From Candidatus Eiseniibacteriota bacterium (GTDB lineage Bacteria > Eisenbacteria > RBG-16-71-46), in contig JACOSU010000164.1 in assembly GCA_016178685.1 (NCBI GenBank), positions 1-48,132 on the forward strand: a stretch of 48,132 nt of DNA. The letters are read 5' to 3'. This document shows positions 17,731-25,979 of this stretch, one piece after another (the first letter of the stretch is position 1; every line of letters begins with the position of its first letter). Both the position numbers and the translations under genes were made by a program. The notes below the pieces were generated by a model that had not been told where the DNA came from, searched no databases, and saw only the letters and a list, made by a program, of their open reading frames with translations.

Positions 17731-18462
17731 ATGAAGGCGCTGGTCCTGGCCGGAGGCCGTGGCACGCGGCTGCGGCCCATCACCCACACCAGCGCGAAGC
17801 AGCTGGTGCCGGTCGCGAACAAGCCGGTGCTGTTTTACGGGCTCGAGTCGATCCGCGCCGCCGGCATAACGCAGGTCGGAATCGTGGTGAGTGATCCGCG
17901 CGAGCTGCTCGAGCCCGACCGGCGGACCGGCGAGCTCACCACCGTGCTGGTCAACAGCCAGGCCGAGATCCGCGCCGCGGTGGGTGACGGCTCGGCGTTC
18001 GGACTCGAGGTCACCTACATCCAGCAGGAAGCGCCGCTCGGGCTGGCGCACGCGGTCAAGATCAGCGAAGACTTCATGGCGGGCGAGCCGTTCGTGATGT
18101 ACCTCGGCGACAACCTGATTCGCGACGGCATCCGCATGTTCGTGCGCGAGTTCGAGAGCGAGAAGCCGAACGCGCAGATCCTGCTCGCGCACGTCAAGAC
18201 TCCGCAGCATTTCGGCGTGGCGGAGCTGAATGGCGACCGGGTCGTGAGGCTCGAGGAGAAGCCGCAGCATCCGAAGAGCGATCTGGCGCTGGTCGGCGTG
18301 TACCTGTTCGACCGCACCGTGTTCGACGCCGTGCGCGCGATCCAGCCGAGCCGTCGCGGCGAGCTCGAGATCACGGACGCGATCCAGAAGCTGATCGACA
18401 CCGGCAAGCGCGTGAGGTCTCACGTCATCACCGGATGGTGGAAGGACACCGGCAAGGTCTAA
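17731..18462 (+). CDS. rmlA: glucose-1-phosphate thymidylyltransferase (long form), nucleotidyltransferase half, ended by an in-frame TAA
   Basis: MKALVLAGGRGTRLRPITHTSAKQLVPVANKPVLFYGLE..., EKPQHPKSDLALVGVYLF and ITGWWKDTGK. Confidence 0.85.
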   Translation: MKALVLAGGRGTRLRPITHTSAKQLVPVANKPVLFYGLESIRAAGITQVGIVVSDPRELLEPDRRTGELTTVLVNSQAEIRAAVGDGSAFGLEVTYIQQEAPLGLAHAVKISEDFMAGEPFVMYLGDNLIRDGIRMFVREFESEKPNAQILLAHVKTPQHFGVAELNGDRVVRLEEKPQHPKSDLALVGVYLFDRTVFDAVRAIQPSRRGELEITDAIQKLIDTGKRVRSHVITGWWKDTGKV

Positions 18463-18465
18463 GAC

Positions 18466-18855
18466 ATGCTCGAGGCGAATCATGTTGTGCTGGCCGGTCA
18501 GGAGGCGAAGATCGAAATCGATCTGCCGAAGGATGTCGTGGTGGAGGGCGCGGTCCAGATCGGCGGCGGCACGGTGGTCGAGCGCTCGCATCTGCGGGGA
18601 CCGCTGATCATCGGCCGCAACGCGGTGATCCGCGACGCCTACGTGGGCCCCTACACCTCGATCGGGGCCGGCTGCCAGGTCGAACACTGCGAGATCGAGA
18701 ACTCGATCGTGCTCGAGCGCAGCCGGCTGGCCCACATCACGGGCCGCATCGAATCGAGCTTGATCGGTAAGGATGCGGTGGTGTGCGCAAGCGGCACTCG
18801 GCCGCGCACGCACCGCCTGATGCTCGGCGATTCGAGCCGCGTGGAGCTGGCGTGA
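18466..18855 (+). CDS. left-handed beta-helix C-terminal half of the same RmlA-type enzyme (same frame as 17731..18462)
   Basis: It begins MLEANHVVL three nt after the TAA. Hexapeptide-repeat-like sequence follows. Its stop overlaps the rmlD GTG (GTGA). Confidence 0.7.
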   Translation: MLEANHVVLAGQEAKIEIDLPKDVVVEGAVQIGGGTVVERSHLRGPLIIGRNAVIRDAYVGPYTSIGAGCQVEHCEIENSIVLERSRLAHITGRIESSLIGKDAVVCASGTRPRTHRLMLGDSSRVELA

Positions 18856-19694
18856 AGGTGCTGGTGACGGGCGCCGGGGGAATGCTGGCCCGGGCCGTGC
18901 TGCCGGCGCTCGAATCGACCGGGCACGCGGCGCTCGCTCTCGCGCACGCCGACGCCGACGTCACGAAGATCGGCGCGCTCGATCACGCGCTCAAGACCTT
19001 CGCACCGGACTGGATTTTCCACTTCGCGGCGTTCACGCGGGTCGACGACTGCGAGGCCGATCCGGTTCGCGCGCACCTGGTGAACGCGCTGGGCGCGCGC
19101 AACGTGGCGCAGGCCGCGGCCGCGAGCGGCGTGGCGCTGCTCTCGATCTCGACCGATTACGTGTTCAACGGCCGTGCGACTCGGCCCTATCGCGAATATG
19201 ACCCGGTCGATCCACTCTCGGTCTACGGCGCGTCCAAATTGGCGGGTGAGCAGGCGGTGCGGGAGCTGCACGCGCGCCACCTGATTGTTCGCACCTCGTG
19301 GCTCTATGGACACGGTGGAGCGAATTTCATCGACACCATCCTGCGCCGGGCGCGCGCCGGGGAATCGCTGCGCGTGGTGGACGATCAGCGCGGCTCGCCG
19401 ACCTGGACGCGCGATCTCGCGCCCGCGCTGATCCGGCTCGCCGAGCGCGGGCAGTTCGGCACCTGTCACTGCACGAATCGTGGCGACTGCACGTGGTACG
19501 ACCTCGCGGCTCGCGTTCTTTTGCGCGCGGGAGTCACGGCGCGGCTCGAGCGCACCGACAGCGCGGCGCTGTCGCGGCCCGCTCCGCGGCCTCGCTACTC
19601 GGTTCTGAGTCACGAGTTCTTCGAACGGATCTCCGGGCTGACGCTGCCCGAATGGAGCGATGCCGTGGATCGCTATGTGGAATGCGGGGCGTGA
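18852..19694 (+). CDS. rfbD: dTDP-4-dehydrorhamnose reductase
   Basis: VKVLVTGAGGMLA (Rossmann fold), STDYVFNG and YGASKLAGE (YxxxK). Confidence 0.9.
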   Translation: MKVLVTGAGGMLARAVLPALESTGHAALALAHADADVTKIGALDHALKTFAPDWIFHFAAFTRVDDCEADPVRAHLVNALGARNVAQAAAASGVALLSISTDYVFNGRATRPYREYDPVDPLSVYGASKLAGEQAVRELHARHLIVRTSWLYGHGGANFIDTILRRARAGESLRVVDDQRGSPTWTRDLAPALIRLAERGQFGTCHCTNRGDCTWYDLAARVLLRAGVTARLERTDSAALSRPAPRPRYSVLSHEFFERISGLTLPEWSDAVDRYVECGA

Positions 19695-19726
19695 AGATCG
19701 CGCCCGGACGAAAAGGAGGTCCACAC

Positions 19727-20482
19727 GTGGGTCAGAATCGGGATCGTGGTCCGCTCGAGCGCCACGCTCGCGCGGTGCTGCGCGAGGCGGGGACCGCGAT
19801 GCGGCGGCTCGAGCCGCGCTGCGCGCGCGCGGTGGCGGAAGCGGCCGAGTCGGCGATCGCGTGCCTCGAATCGGGCGGGACCGTATTCTTCTGCGGCAAC
19901 GGGGGGAGCGCGGCCGACTCCCAGCATCTGGCCGCCGAACTGGCGGGCCGCTACTTCGTCGATCGTCCGGCGCTGGCCGCGATCGCGCTCACCACGAATT
20001 CATCCTCGCTCACGGCGATCGGCAACGACTATGGATTCGACCAGACGTTTTCGCGCCAGCTCGAGGGACTCGGTACGCCGGGCGACGTGCTGGTCGCGAT
20101 CACGACCAGCGGCGCTTCGGCGAACGTGCGGCGGGCGGTCGAGACCGCACACGCGCTCGGCATGACGGTGATCGGGATGACGGGATCGAAGGGCGCGAGT
20201 TTCGCGGCGCTGTGCGACCATGCGCTCGTGACGCCGCACCCCTCGACGCCCCGCATTCAGGAAGGCCACATCACGATGGGCCATGCTCTGTGCGAACTGA
20301 TCGAGCGCGCCATGTTCCCGCCCCCGCGCGGCGCGGGCGCGGGACGAAAGGGCGCGAGCGTGGCGAATCGGGACGCCGGCGCGGTGAAGCGGCGCCGCGG
20401 CGCTGCGATCGGGGGCGGCTGGCTAAAGCGGCGCGGCGGCGCGGCGAAACCGCGCGTGCGCGCTGCGAAAGCGCCGCGCTGA
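19727..20482 (+). CDS. gmhA: D-sedoheptulose-7-phosphate isomerase (SIS domain) with an Arg/Ala-rich ~55-aa tail
   Basis: FFCGNGGSAADSQHLAAEL, LVAITTSGAS and IQEGHITMGH. AAGGAGG lies 7 nt upstream of GTG 19727. Confidence 0.88.
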   Translation: MGQNRDRGPLERHARAVLREAGTAMRRLEPRCARAVAEAAESAIACLESGGTVFFCGNGGSAADSQHLAAELAGRYFVDRPALAAIALTTNSSSLTAIGNDYGFDQTFSRQLEGLGTPGDVLVAITTSGASANVRRAVETAHALGMTVIGMTGSKGASFAALCDHALVTPHPSTPRIQEGHITMGHALCELIERAMFPPPRGAGAGRKGASVANRDAGAVKRRRGAAIGGGWLKRRGGAAKPRVRAAKAPR

Positions 20483-21366
20483 TGTTCGCGCTGATCGAAG
20501 CTCTGCGTCCGCGGCAGTGGACCAAGAACCTGCTGCTATTTGCGGGGGTGCTGTTCTCGCTCCAGCTTGGGCAGCCTGCGATGCTGGGGCGGGCCGCGGC
20601 GGGCTTCCTCTCGTTCTCGTTGCTGGCGGGCGCGGTCTACCTGCTGAACGATCTGCTCGATGCGGACGCCGACCGGCTTCATCCTCGCAAACGCAACCGC
20701 CCGATCGCGTCGGGGCGGCTCCCGGCACCGCTCGCGTGGCTGGCGCTGCTGCCGGTGCTCGGCATTTCGGGCGCGATCGCGTGGTGGCTAGGGCGCGGAT
20801 TCACGAGCGTCGCGGCCATCTACCTGGCGTTCAACCTGGCGTACAGCGCCGGGCTCAAGCGTCAGGTGCTGATCGACGTCTTCGTGGTCGCGATCGGATT
20901 CGTGCTGCGTGCGATCGCCGGCGTCGAGCTGCTGCTCCCGGTTTCGCCGGGCACCCAGCTCTCTCCGTGGCTGCTGGTGTGCACGTTTTTCGGTGCTCTG
21001 TTCTTGGGACTGGCCAAGCGGCGGCGCGAAATCTCGAACGCGGGAACCGACGCCGGCCAGCAGCGCGCGGTGCTGGAACACTACACGCCCGAGTTGCTCG
21101 ACGGGTTGCTGCTGGTCTCGGCCGCGGCCAGCCTGATGGGCTACGCGCTCTACACGATCTGGCCCGCCACGGTGGCCAAATTCCACACCGAGGCGCTCCT
21201 CTACACGGTGCCGCTGGTGGCGTACGGGATCTTCCGCTACCTGTACCTGGTGCGCTTCTCCGAGAGCACCGAGGATCCCTCGCAGGTGTTGCTCACCGAC
21301 CGTCCGCTGGGCGTGTGCGTCCTGATGTACGTGGCGGCGGTCGCGATCATCCTGTACCACCCCTGA
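20482..21366 (+). CDS. UbiA-family prenyl-phosphate phosphoribosyltransferase (decaprenyl-phosphate 5-phosphoribosyltransferase-like)
   Basis: RPRQWTKNLLLFAGV, the Asp-rich motif NDLLDADADRLHPRKRNRPIASG and ~8 TM helices. The start overlaps the gmhA stop (TGATG). Confidence 0.8.
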   Translation: MFALIEALRPRQWTKNLLLFAGVLFSLQLGQPAMLGRAAAGFLSFSLLAGAVYLLNDLLDADADRLHPRKRNRPIASGRLPAPLAWLALLPVLGISGAIAWWLGRGFTSVAAIYLAFNLAYSAGLKRQVLIDVFVVAIGFVLRAIAGVELLLPVSPGTQLSPWLLVCTFFGALFLGLAKRRREISNAGTDAGQQRAVLEHYTPELLDGLLLVSAAASLMGYALYTIWPATVAKFHTEALLYTVPLVAYGIFRYLYLVRFSESTEDPSQVLLTDRPLGVCVLMYVAAVAIILYHP

Positions 21367-22400
21367 TGTCCCGTCCGCGCCGCGCCGCGCGACCGCGCCG
21401 CGTAACGGTCGAAGCCTGCGCCAAGCTCAATCTCGGATTGCGGGTGGGACCGCGACGCGCCGACGGCTACCACGAGATCGCGACGTTCTTCCAGTCCGTG
21501 TCGCTCGCCGACACACTGAACGCAGCTCCGGCGCGACGCGGGTTCTCGCTGCGCATCGTCTACGAGGACGCGGCGTTGCGTCGTGCGGTCGGGCAGATTC
21601 CGGGCCCTGCCGGGCTGCGCCGCAAGGTCGCTCGGGCGCGGGGCCCTGCCACGCGTTGGGGAGGCCGGTCGATCGGGCCCGCGCTCGAGCGGGTGCCCGC
21701 GGGAGCCGGCAATCTCGTGCTGCGCGCCGCGCGGCTCGTCGCGCGCAGCACCGGCCTCGAGCGCGGCACTCGCTTCACGCTCATCAAGCGGATCCCCACG
21801 CGGTCGGGACTGGGCGGCGGAAGCGCCGATGCGGCGGCCGCGATCGTTGCACTCGACCGGTTGTTCGCGCTGCGGCTTGGGGGCGCGCGGCGCATGGCGC
21901 TGGCCGTCCGGCTCGGGTCGGATGTCCCCTTCGCCCTGCGGGGCGGGACGGCGCTCGGACTGGGTCGCGGCGAACGGCTGATCCCGGTTCGCCTGGCCGC
22001 TCCGTTCCGGGCGTTGATTGCCGTTCCCCGATGGCGCGTTTCGACCGCGCGGGCATTCAATCAGATTGATCTCAAAAACTTGGGCTTGACAGGGTGGGCG
22101 TCCAACTTAAGATTCGTTCAGAAGTTGACCGCCAGACGCCTGAAACCCGATCGGGCGCTTGGTCTTGGCAACACGATGGAGCGGGCGCTGGGGGCTCGCC
22201 GCTCTGATTTTCTCTCGCTGCGCGCACGGCTGCGTGCTGTGGGTATCCGGAACCCCCTCATGACCGGAAGCGGTTCGGCGGTTTTCGGGTTGATCGAATC
22301 CAGAACCTCTTTCGCTGAGGTCGCACGCCGTTTCAAGGGAGATGAGCCGCTGTTCGCCGTACGGTCTCTGGGACTCGGACAGCGAGTGGTTTCGCGGTAG
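21366..22400 (+). CDS. ispE: 4-(cytidine 5'-diphospho)-2-C-methyl-D-erythritol kinase
   Basis: KLNLGLRVGPRRADGYHEI, the GHMP motif IPTRSGLGGGSADAAAA and MTGSGSAVFG. It is TGATG-coupled to the preceding gene. It carries an Arg-rich ~45-aa insertion. Confidence 0.85.
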   Translation: MSRPRRAARPRRVTVEACAKLNLGLRVGPRRADGYHEIATFFQSVSLADTLNAAPARRGFSLRIVYEDAALRRAVGQIPGPAGLRRKVARARGPATRWGGRSIGPALERVPAGAGNLVLRAARLVARSTGLERGTRFTLIKRIPTRSGLGGGSADAAAAIVALDRLFALRLGGARRMALAVRLGSDVPFALRGGTALGLGRGERLIPVRLAAPFRALIAVPRWRVSTARAFNQIDLKNLGLTGWASNLRFVQKLTARRLKPDRALGLGNTMERALGARRSDFLSLRARLRAVGIRNPLMTGSGSAVFGLIESRTSFAEVARRFKGDEPLFAVRSLGLGQRVVSR

Positions 22401-22517
22401 TCGCTTGAGCGAGGCAGGGAGGCGGAATGCTCAAGACGTTTCGGAAATGGCTGGTTCCTCTGGCCGCCCCACCGGACCAGCACCACCGCGCAAGGAAGGC
22501 TCCGAGGTGAGATTCTC

Positions 22518-22817
22518 ATGATCGAGATCACCGAGGTCAGAATTTCGCTGCGTAACGACGACAAGCTCAAGGCGTTCGTGAGCATCACGCTCAACGATTC
22601 GTTCGTGATTCGCGGCCTCAAGATCATTCGCGGTAACTCGGGATTGTTCGTGGCGATGCCGAGTCGCAAGCGTCCGGACGGCCAGCACCAGGACCTCGCC
22701 CATCCGATCAACGATCAGACCCGCAAGTATCTGACCGACCGCGTGATGGTCGAGTTCGAGCGGGAACTCGCGAACCCGACCCAGCAGGTGAACGTTCAGG
22801 AGACCTCGGCGCGCTAG
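22518..22817 (+). CDS. spoVG: septation protein SpoVG
   Basis: MIEITEVRISLRNDDKLKAFVSITLNDSFVIRGLKIIRGNSGLFVAMPSRK is near-canonical SpoVG. Confidence 0.93.
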   Translation: MIEITEVRISLRNDDKLKAFVSITLNDSFVIRGLKIIRGNSGLFVAMPSRKRPDGQHQDLAHPINDQTRKYLTDRVMVEFERELANPTQQVNVQETSAR

Positions 22818-22913
22818 AACCAGGCGATCGAAGGCCTCGGCGCGCCCCGATGAAGCCACAACGCGGGCGCTTTCACGAAGCCGCGGACCCCATGCGGGGG
22901 CGCGGCCCCGGGT

Positions 22914-22942
22914 TTGACTTTGGCTCGTCCCCCCGGTAGTCT
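22914..22942 (+). promoter_or_regulatory. sigma70-like promoter candidate (TTGACT-17 nt-TAGTCT) about 100 nt upstream of tRNA-Gln
   Basis: Hexamers lie at 22914-22919 and 22937-22942 with an exact 17-nt spacer. Confidence 0.3.
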
Positions 22943-23048
22943 GCCCCGGCTTTTCTGCCGCACATCCGTTCATCTCTGGGCCAGTTGCCATCACCCCGGA
23001 AGCCGCGCGAGCGGCCGCCGGACCGTGACGGAAAACCCGTTCTGTTGG

Positions 23049-23123
23049 TGGGGCGTGGCCAAGCGGTAAGGCACGAGATTTTGGTTCTCGCATCCGGAGG
23101 TTCGAATCCTCCCGCCCCAGCCA
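23049..23123 (+). tRNA. tRNA-Gln (anticodon UUG), CCA encoded
   Basis: It folds by hand into a cloverleaf: acceptor TGGGGCG/CGCCCCA, anticodon arm CGAGA-TTTTGGT-TCTCG, T arm GGAGG-TTCGAAT-CCTCC. It is collinear with E. coli tRNA-Gln as I remember it. Confidence 0.93.
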
Positions 23124-23232
23124 TCTTCAGGGTCCGGAGGATCACGCCGGGTCTGGGGGTTTCGCCGTCGCTTCGAGCGACGGTGTCGTGGTGCATGATG
23201 CGCAGTGACGACGCGGTCGTGCGGGGCGCGGG

Positions 23233-24231
23233 ATGGAGTCTCGTCCCTTCGCGCTTCGTGCGGACCGGAACGCAGGCCTGCTGACCGAGGGACCTCGATT
23301 GGATCCGCTTCGCGTATTCGCCGGAAACGCCAGCCGCAAGCTGGCGCTGTCGATCTGCGAGAAACTCAAGACGCCGATCGGCGATGTCGACGTTTCGCGC
23401 TTCGAGGACGGCGAGGTGTCCGTCCGGTTCAACGAGAACATCCGCGGCAGCGACGTGTTCATCGTGCAGGCCACCGGAGCCCCGGCGGAAAATCTGATGG
23501 AGCTGCTGGTGATGCTCGACGCCGCGAAGCGCGCCTCGGCGCGTCGCGTCACGGCGGTGCTGCCCTACTTCGGGTACGCGCGCCAGGATCGCAAAGACCA
23601 GCCGCGCGCGCCGATCTCGGCCAAGCTGGTGGCGAACCTGATCACCGTGGCGGGGGCCGACCGGGCGCTGACCATGGATCTGCACAGCGCACAGATCCAA
23701 GGGTTCTTCGACATCCCGTTCGATCACCTGTACGCGGCTCCGGTGCTGGTGGACTATTTCTCGCAGAAGAAGATCTCCGACCTGATGGTGGTGGCGCCCG
23801 ACATCGGGAGCGTGAAGATGGCGCGCGCCTACGCCAAGCGGCTCGGCGCGGAACTGGGGTTGGTGGACAAGCGGCGTCCGCGTCCCGACGCGGTCGAGAT
23901 CATGAACATCATCGGCGACGTCAGCGGCAAGAACGTCGTGTTGTTCGACGACGTGGTCACCACGGCGCGGACGCTGTGCGAAGCGGCGGTGGCGATCCGA
24001 TCCTCGGGCGCGCGCGAGATCTATGCGGGGGTGACGCACGGCGTCTTCAGCCCGGATTCGATCGAACGCATCGGCCGATCTCCGATCCGCCAGCTCGTGA
24101 TCACCGACACCGTGAGCCACGAGAGCATGAAGCTGCCGAACAACATCATCGAGCTGTCCATCGCCGGTCTGCTGGGAGAGGCGGTGCAGCGCATTCACGA
24201 GGAACGCTCTCTCAGCACGCTGTTCATCTGA
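23233..24231 (+). CDS. prs: ribose-phosphate pyrophosphokinase
   Basis: FAGNASRKLA, FEDGEVSVRF, YFGYARQDRK, DLHSAQIQGFF and DDVVTTARTL. An alternative TTG start at 23299 (GAGGGA upstream) would give a more typical N-terminus. Confidence 0.93.
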   Translation: MESRPFALRADRNAGLLTEGPRLDPLRVFAGNASRKLALSICEKLKTPIGDVDVSRFEDGEVSVRFNENIRGSDVFIVQATGAPAENLMELLVMLDAAKRASARRVTAVLPYFGYARQDRKDQPRAPISAKLVANLITVAGADRALTMDLHSAQIQGFFDIPFDHLYAAPVLVDYFSQKKISDLMVVAPDIGSVKMARAYAKRLGAELGLVDKRRPRPDAVEIMNIIGDVSGKNVVLFDDVVTTARTLCEAAVAIRSSGAREIYAGVTHGVFSPDSIERIGRSPIRQLVITDTVSHESMKLPNNIIELSIAGLLGEAVQRIHEERSLSTLFI

Positions 24232-24311
24232 AACCCACGCGGGTGCCGCGCCTTCGGGCGGCGGGGCCGCCGCAAGCTCCGGGAGCGATCCCGGCACCAG
24301 GAGGCACTTCC

Positions 24312-25013
24312 ATGTCCGTCATTCCCCTCTCCGGCGCGCGCCGCGAGCGGCTCGGCAAGGGCGGCGCCCGCAAATCGCGGGTGGCCGGTCAGATTCCGGG
24401 CGTGCTCTATGGCCACGGTGAGATCCCGATCCCGGTCTCCGTCGGCTCGCGCGAGTTCGATCTCGCGCTGCGCGGCCACCGGGGCGGCAATCCGCTGGTC
24501 ACCCTGAAGATCGACCAGAGCGAGTACACCGCGCTGATCCGCGACGTGCAGTACGACCCGCTGTCGCGCGACATCCTTCACCTGGATTTCCAGCACATCT
24601 CGCTGACCGAGTCGGTCGAAGTCCAGGTCTCGATCCACCTCACCGGCCTGGCGGTCGGGGTCAAGGACGGAGGCGGCATCCTCGAGCACATCCTGCGCTC
24701 GGTCGAAGTGCGCTGCCTGCCGACCGCGATCCCGGTCTTGATCGACGTGGACGTCACGGCGCTCGCCGTTGGGGATTCGATTCACGCTCGCGATCTCTCG
24801 GTGCCAAACGTCACGATCCTGAGCGATCCCGACGCGACGATCGCGACCGTCGTGGCGCCGACCGTGATCGAGGAGAAGCCGGCCGAGGAAGCCGTGGCCG
24901 CCCCGGCCTCGACCGAGCCGGAAGTGATCGCGAAGGGCAAGAAGGAGGAGGAAGGCGAGGAAGGCAAGGACGCCAAAGACAAGACGGACAAGGACAAGAA
25001 GGAGAAGAAGTAG
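24312..25013 (+). CDS. rplY: 50S ribosomal protein L25/general stress protein Ctc with a Lys/Glu-rich tail
   Basis: RERLGKGGARKSRVAGQIPGVLYGHG, LIRDVQYDPLSRDILHLDFQ and the second beta-barrel domain. AGGAGG lies upstream. Confidence 0.9.
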   Translation: MSVIPLSGARRERLGKGGARKSRVAGQIPGVLYGHGEIPIPVSVGSREFDLALRGHRGGNPLVTLKIDQSEYTALIRDVQYDPLSRDILHLDFQHISLTESVEVQVSIHLTGLAVGVKDGGGILEHILRSVEVRCLPTAIPVLIDVDVTALAVGDSIHARDLSVPNVTILSDPDATIATVVAPTVIEEKPAEEAVAAPASTEPEVIAKGKKEEEGEEGKDAKDKTDKDKKEKK

Positions 25014-25016
25014 CCC

Positions 25017-25601
25017 GTGCCGCTGGTGGTCGGGCTGGGCAATCCCGGAGCGCGTTACGCGCACACCCGCCACAACGTGGGCTGGCTGGTGCTGGACCGG
25101 CTGGCGCGAAAGTGGAGGGCGGATCCGGGCGAGACGACTCCGGGTTACCGCAGCATGCGCGCCGTCCCGGGAGGGCGGTCCGTCGATCTGGTGTGGCCGA
25201 TGAGCTTCATGAACGCGTCGGGAGAGGCGCTCGAGGAGTGGCGCCGGCGGCACGATTTTGCGTCCAGAGATCTTCTGGTGATTTCGGACGACGTGTATCT
25301 GCCGATCGGAACGCTGCGCATCCGGACCGGCGGTTCGAGCGGCGGGCATCGCGGGCTCGAGAGCATCGAGTCGAGCCTCGCGAGCCGGGAGTACGGGCGG
25401 CTGCGAATCGGAGTGGGACATCCGGGCGAACCGGAGTTGCGCGAGCACGTGCTGGACGAATTTCAGGAGGACGAACAGGCGACCGTGACGGAAACCCTCG
25501 CGCGGGCCGCGGAAGCGGCCGAGTGCTGGGTTCTCGAAGGCGTGACGGCCGCCATGAACCGTTTCAACCGCAGGTTGGAACAGGAGGTTGAGGAGCCGTG
25601 A
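25017..25601 (+). CDS. pth: peptidyl-tRNA hydrolase
   Basis: VVGLGNPGARYAHTRHNVGW and GSSGGHRGLESI. The start is GTG. Confidence 0.93.
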   Translation: MPLVVGLGNPGARYAHTRHNVGWLVLDRLARKWRADPGETTPGYRSMRAVPGGRSVDLVWPMSFMNASGEALEEWRRRHDFASRDLLVISDDVYLPIGTLRIRTGGSSGGHRGLESIESSLASREYGRLRIGVGHPGEPELREHVLDEFQEDEQATVTETLARAAEAAECWVLEGVTAAMNRFNRRLEQEVEEP

Positions 25602-25951
25602 CCCGATACGAAACCACGTTCATCCTCGAGCCCGGCCTCGACGAGGTGCGGGTCAACGAGGAAGTCGAACGCGTTTCGGGGTGGATCAAGGATCTGGGCG
25701 CCGAGCTGATCGAAGTGCAACGCTGGGGCAAGCGGCGCCTGGCTTACGAGATCAACCGCAAGCGCGATGGCATCTACACGATGTTTCTGTACGGCGGTCC
25801 GGGCAGCGTGGTCAAGGAGATCGAACGTCGTCTGCGTCTGAACGAGCAGGTGATGCGCGTGCTCACCGTGCTGCACGTTCCACCGGAGCTCACCCAGCCA
25901 CAGGTCGATGTCGAAGCGCTGGCGGCGGCCGAAGAGGCCGGAGACGACTAG
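25598..25951 (+). CDS. rpsF: 30S ribosomal protein S6
   Basis: RYETTFILEPGLDE ... WGKRRLAYEINRKRDGIYT. GTGA overlap with pth. Confidence 0.93.
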   Translation: MTRYETTFILEPGLDEVRVNEEVERVSGWIKDLGAELIEVQRWGKRRLAYEINRKRDGIYTMFLYGGPGSVVKEIERRLRLNEQVMRVLTVLHVPPELTQPQVDVEALAAAEEAGDD

Positions 25952-25979
25952 CGGCGCCGCCCCCCAGGGGGGAGGAAAC

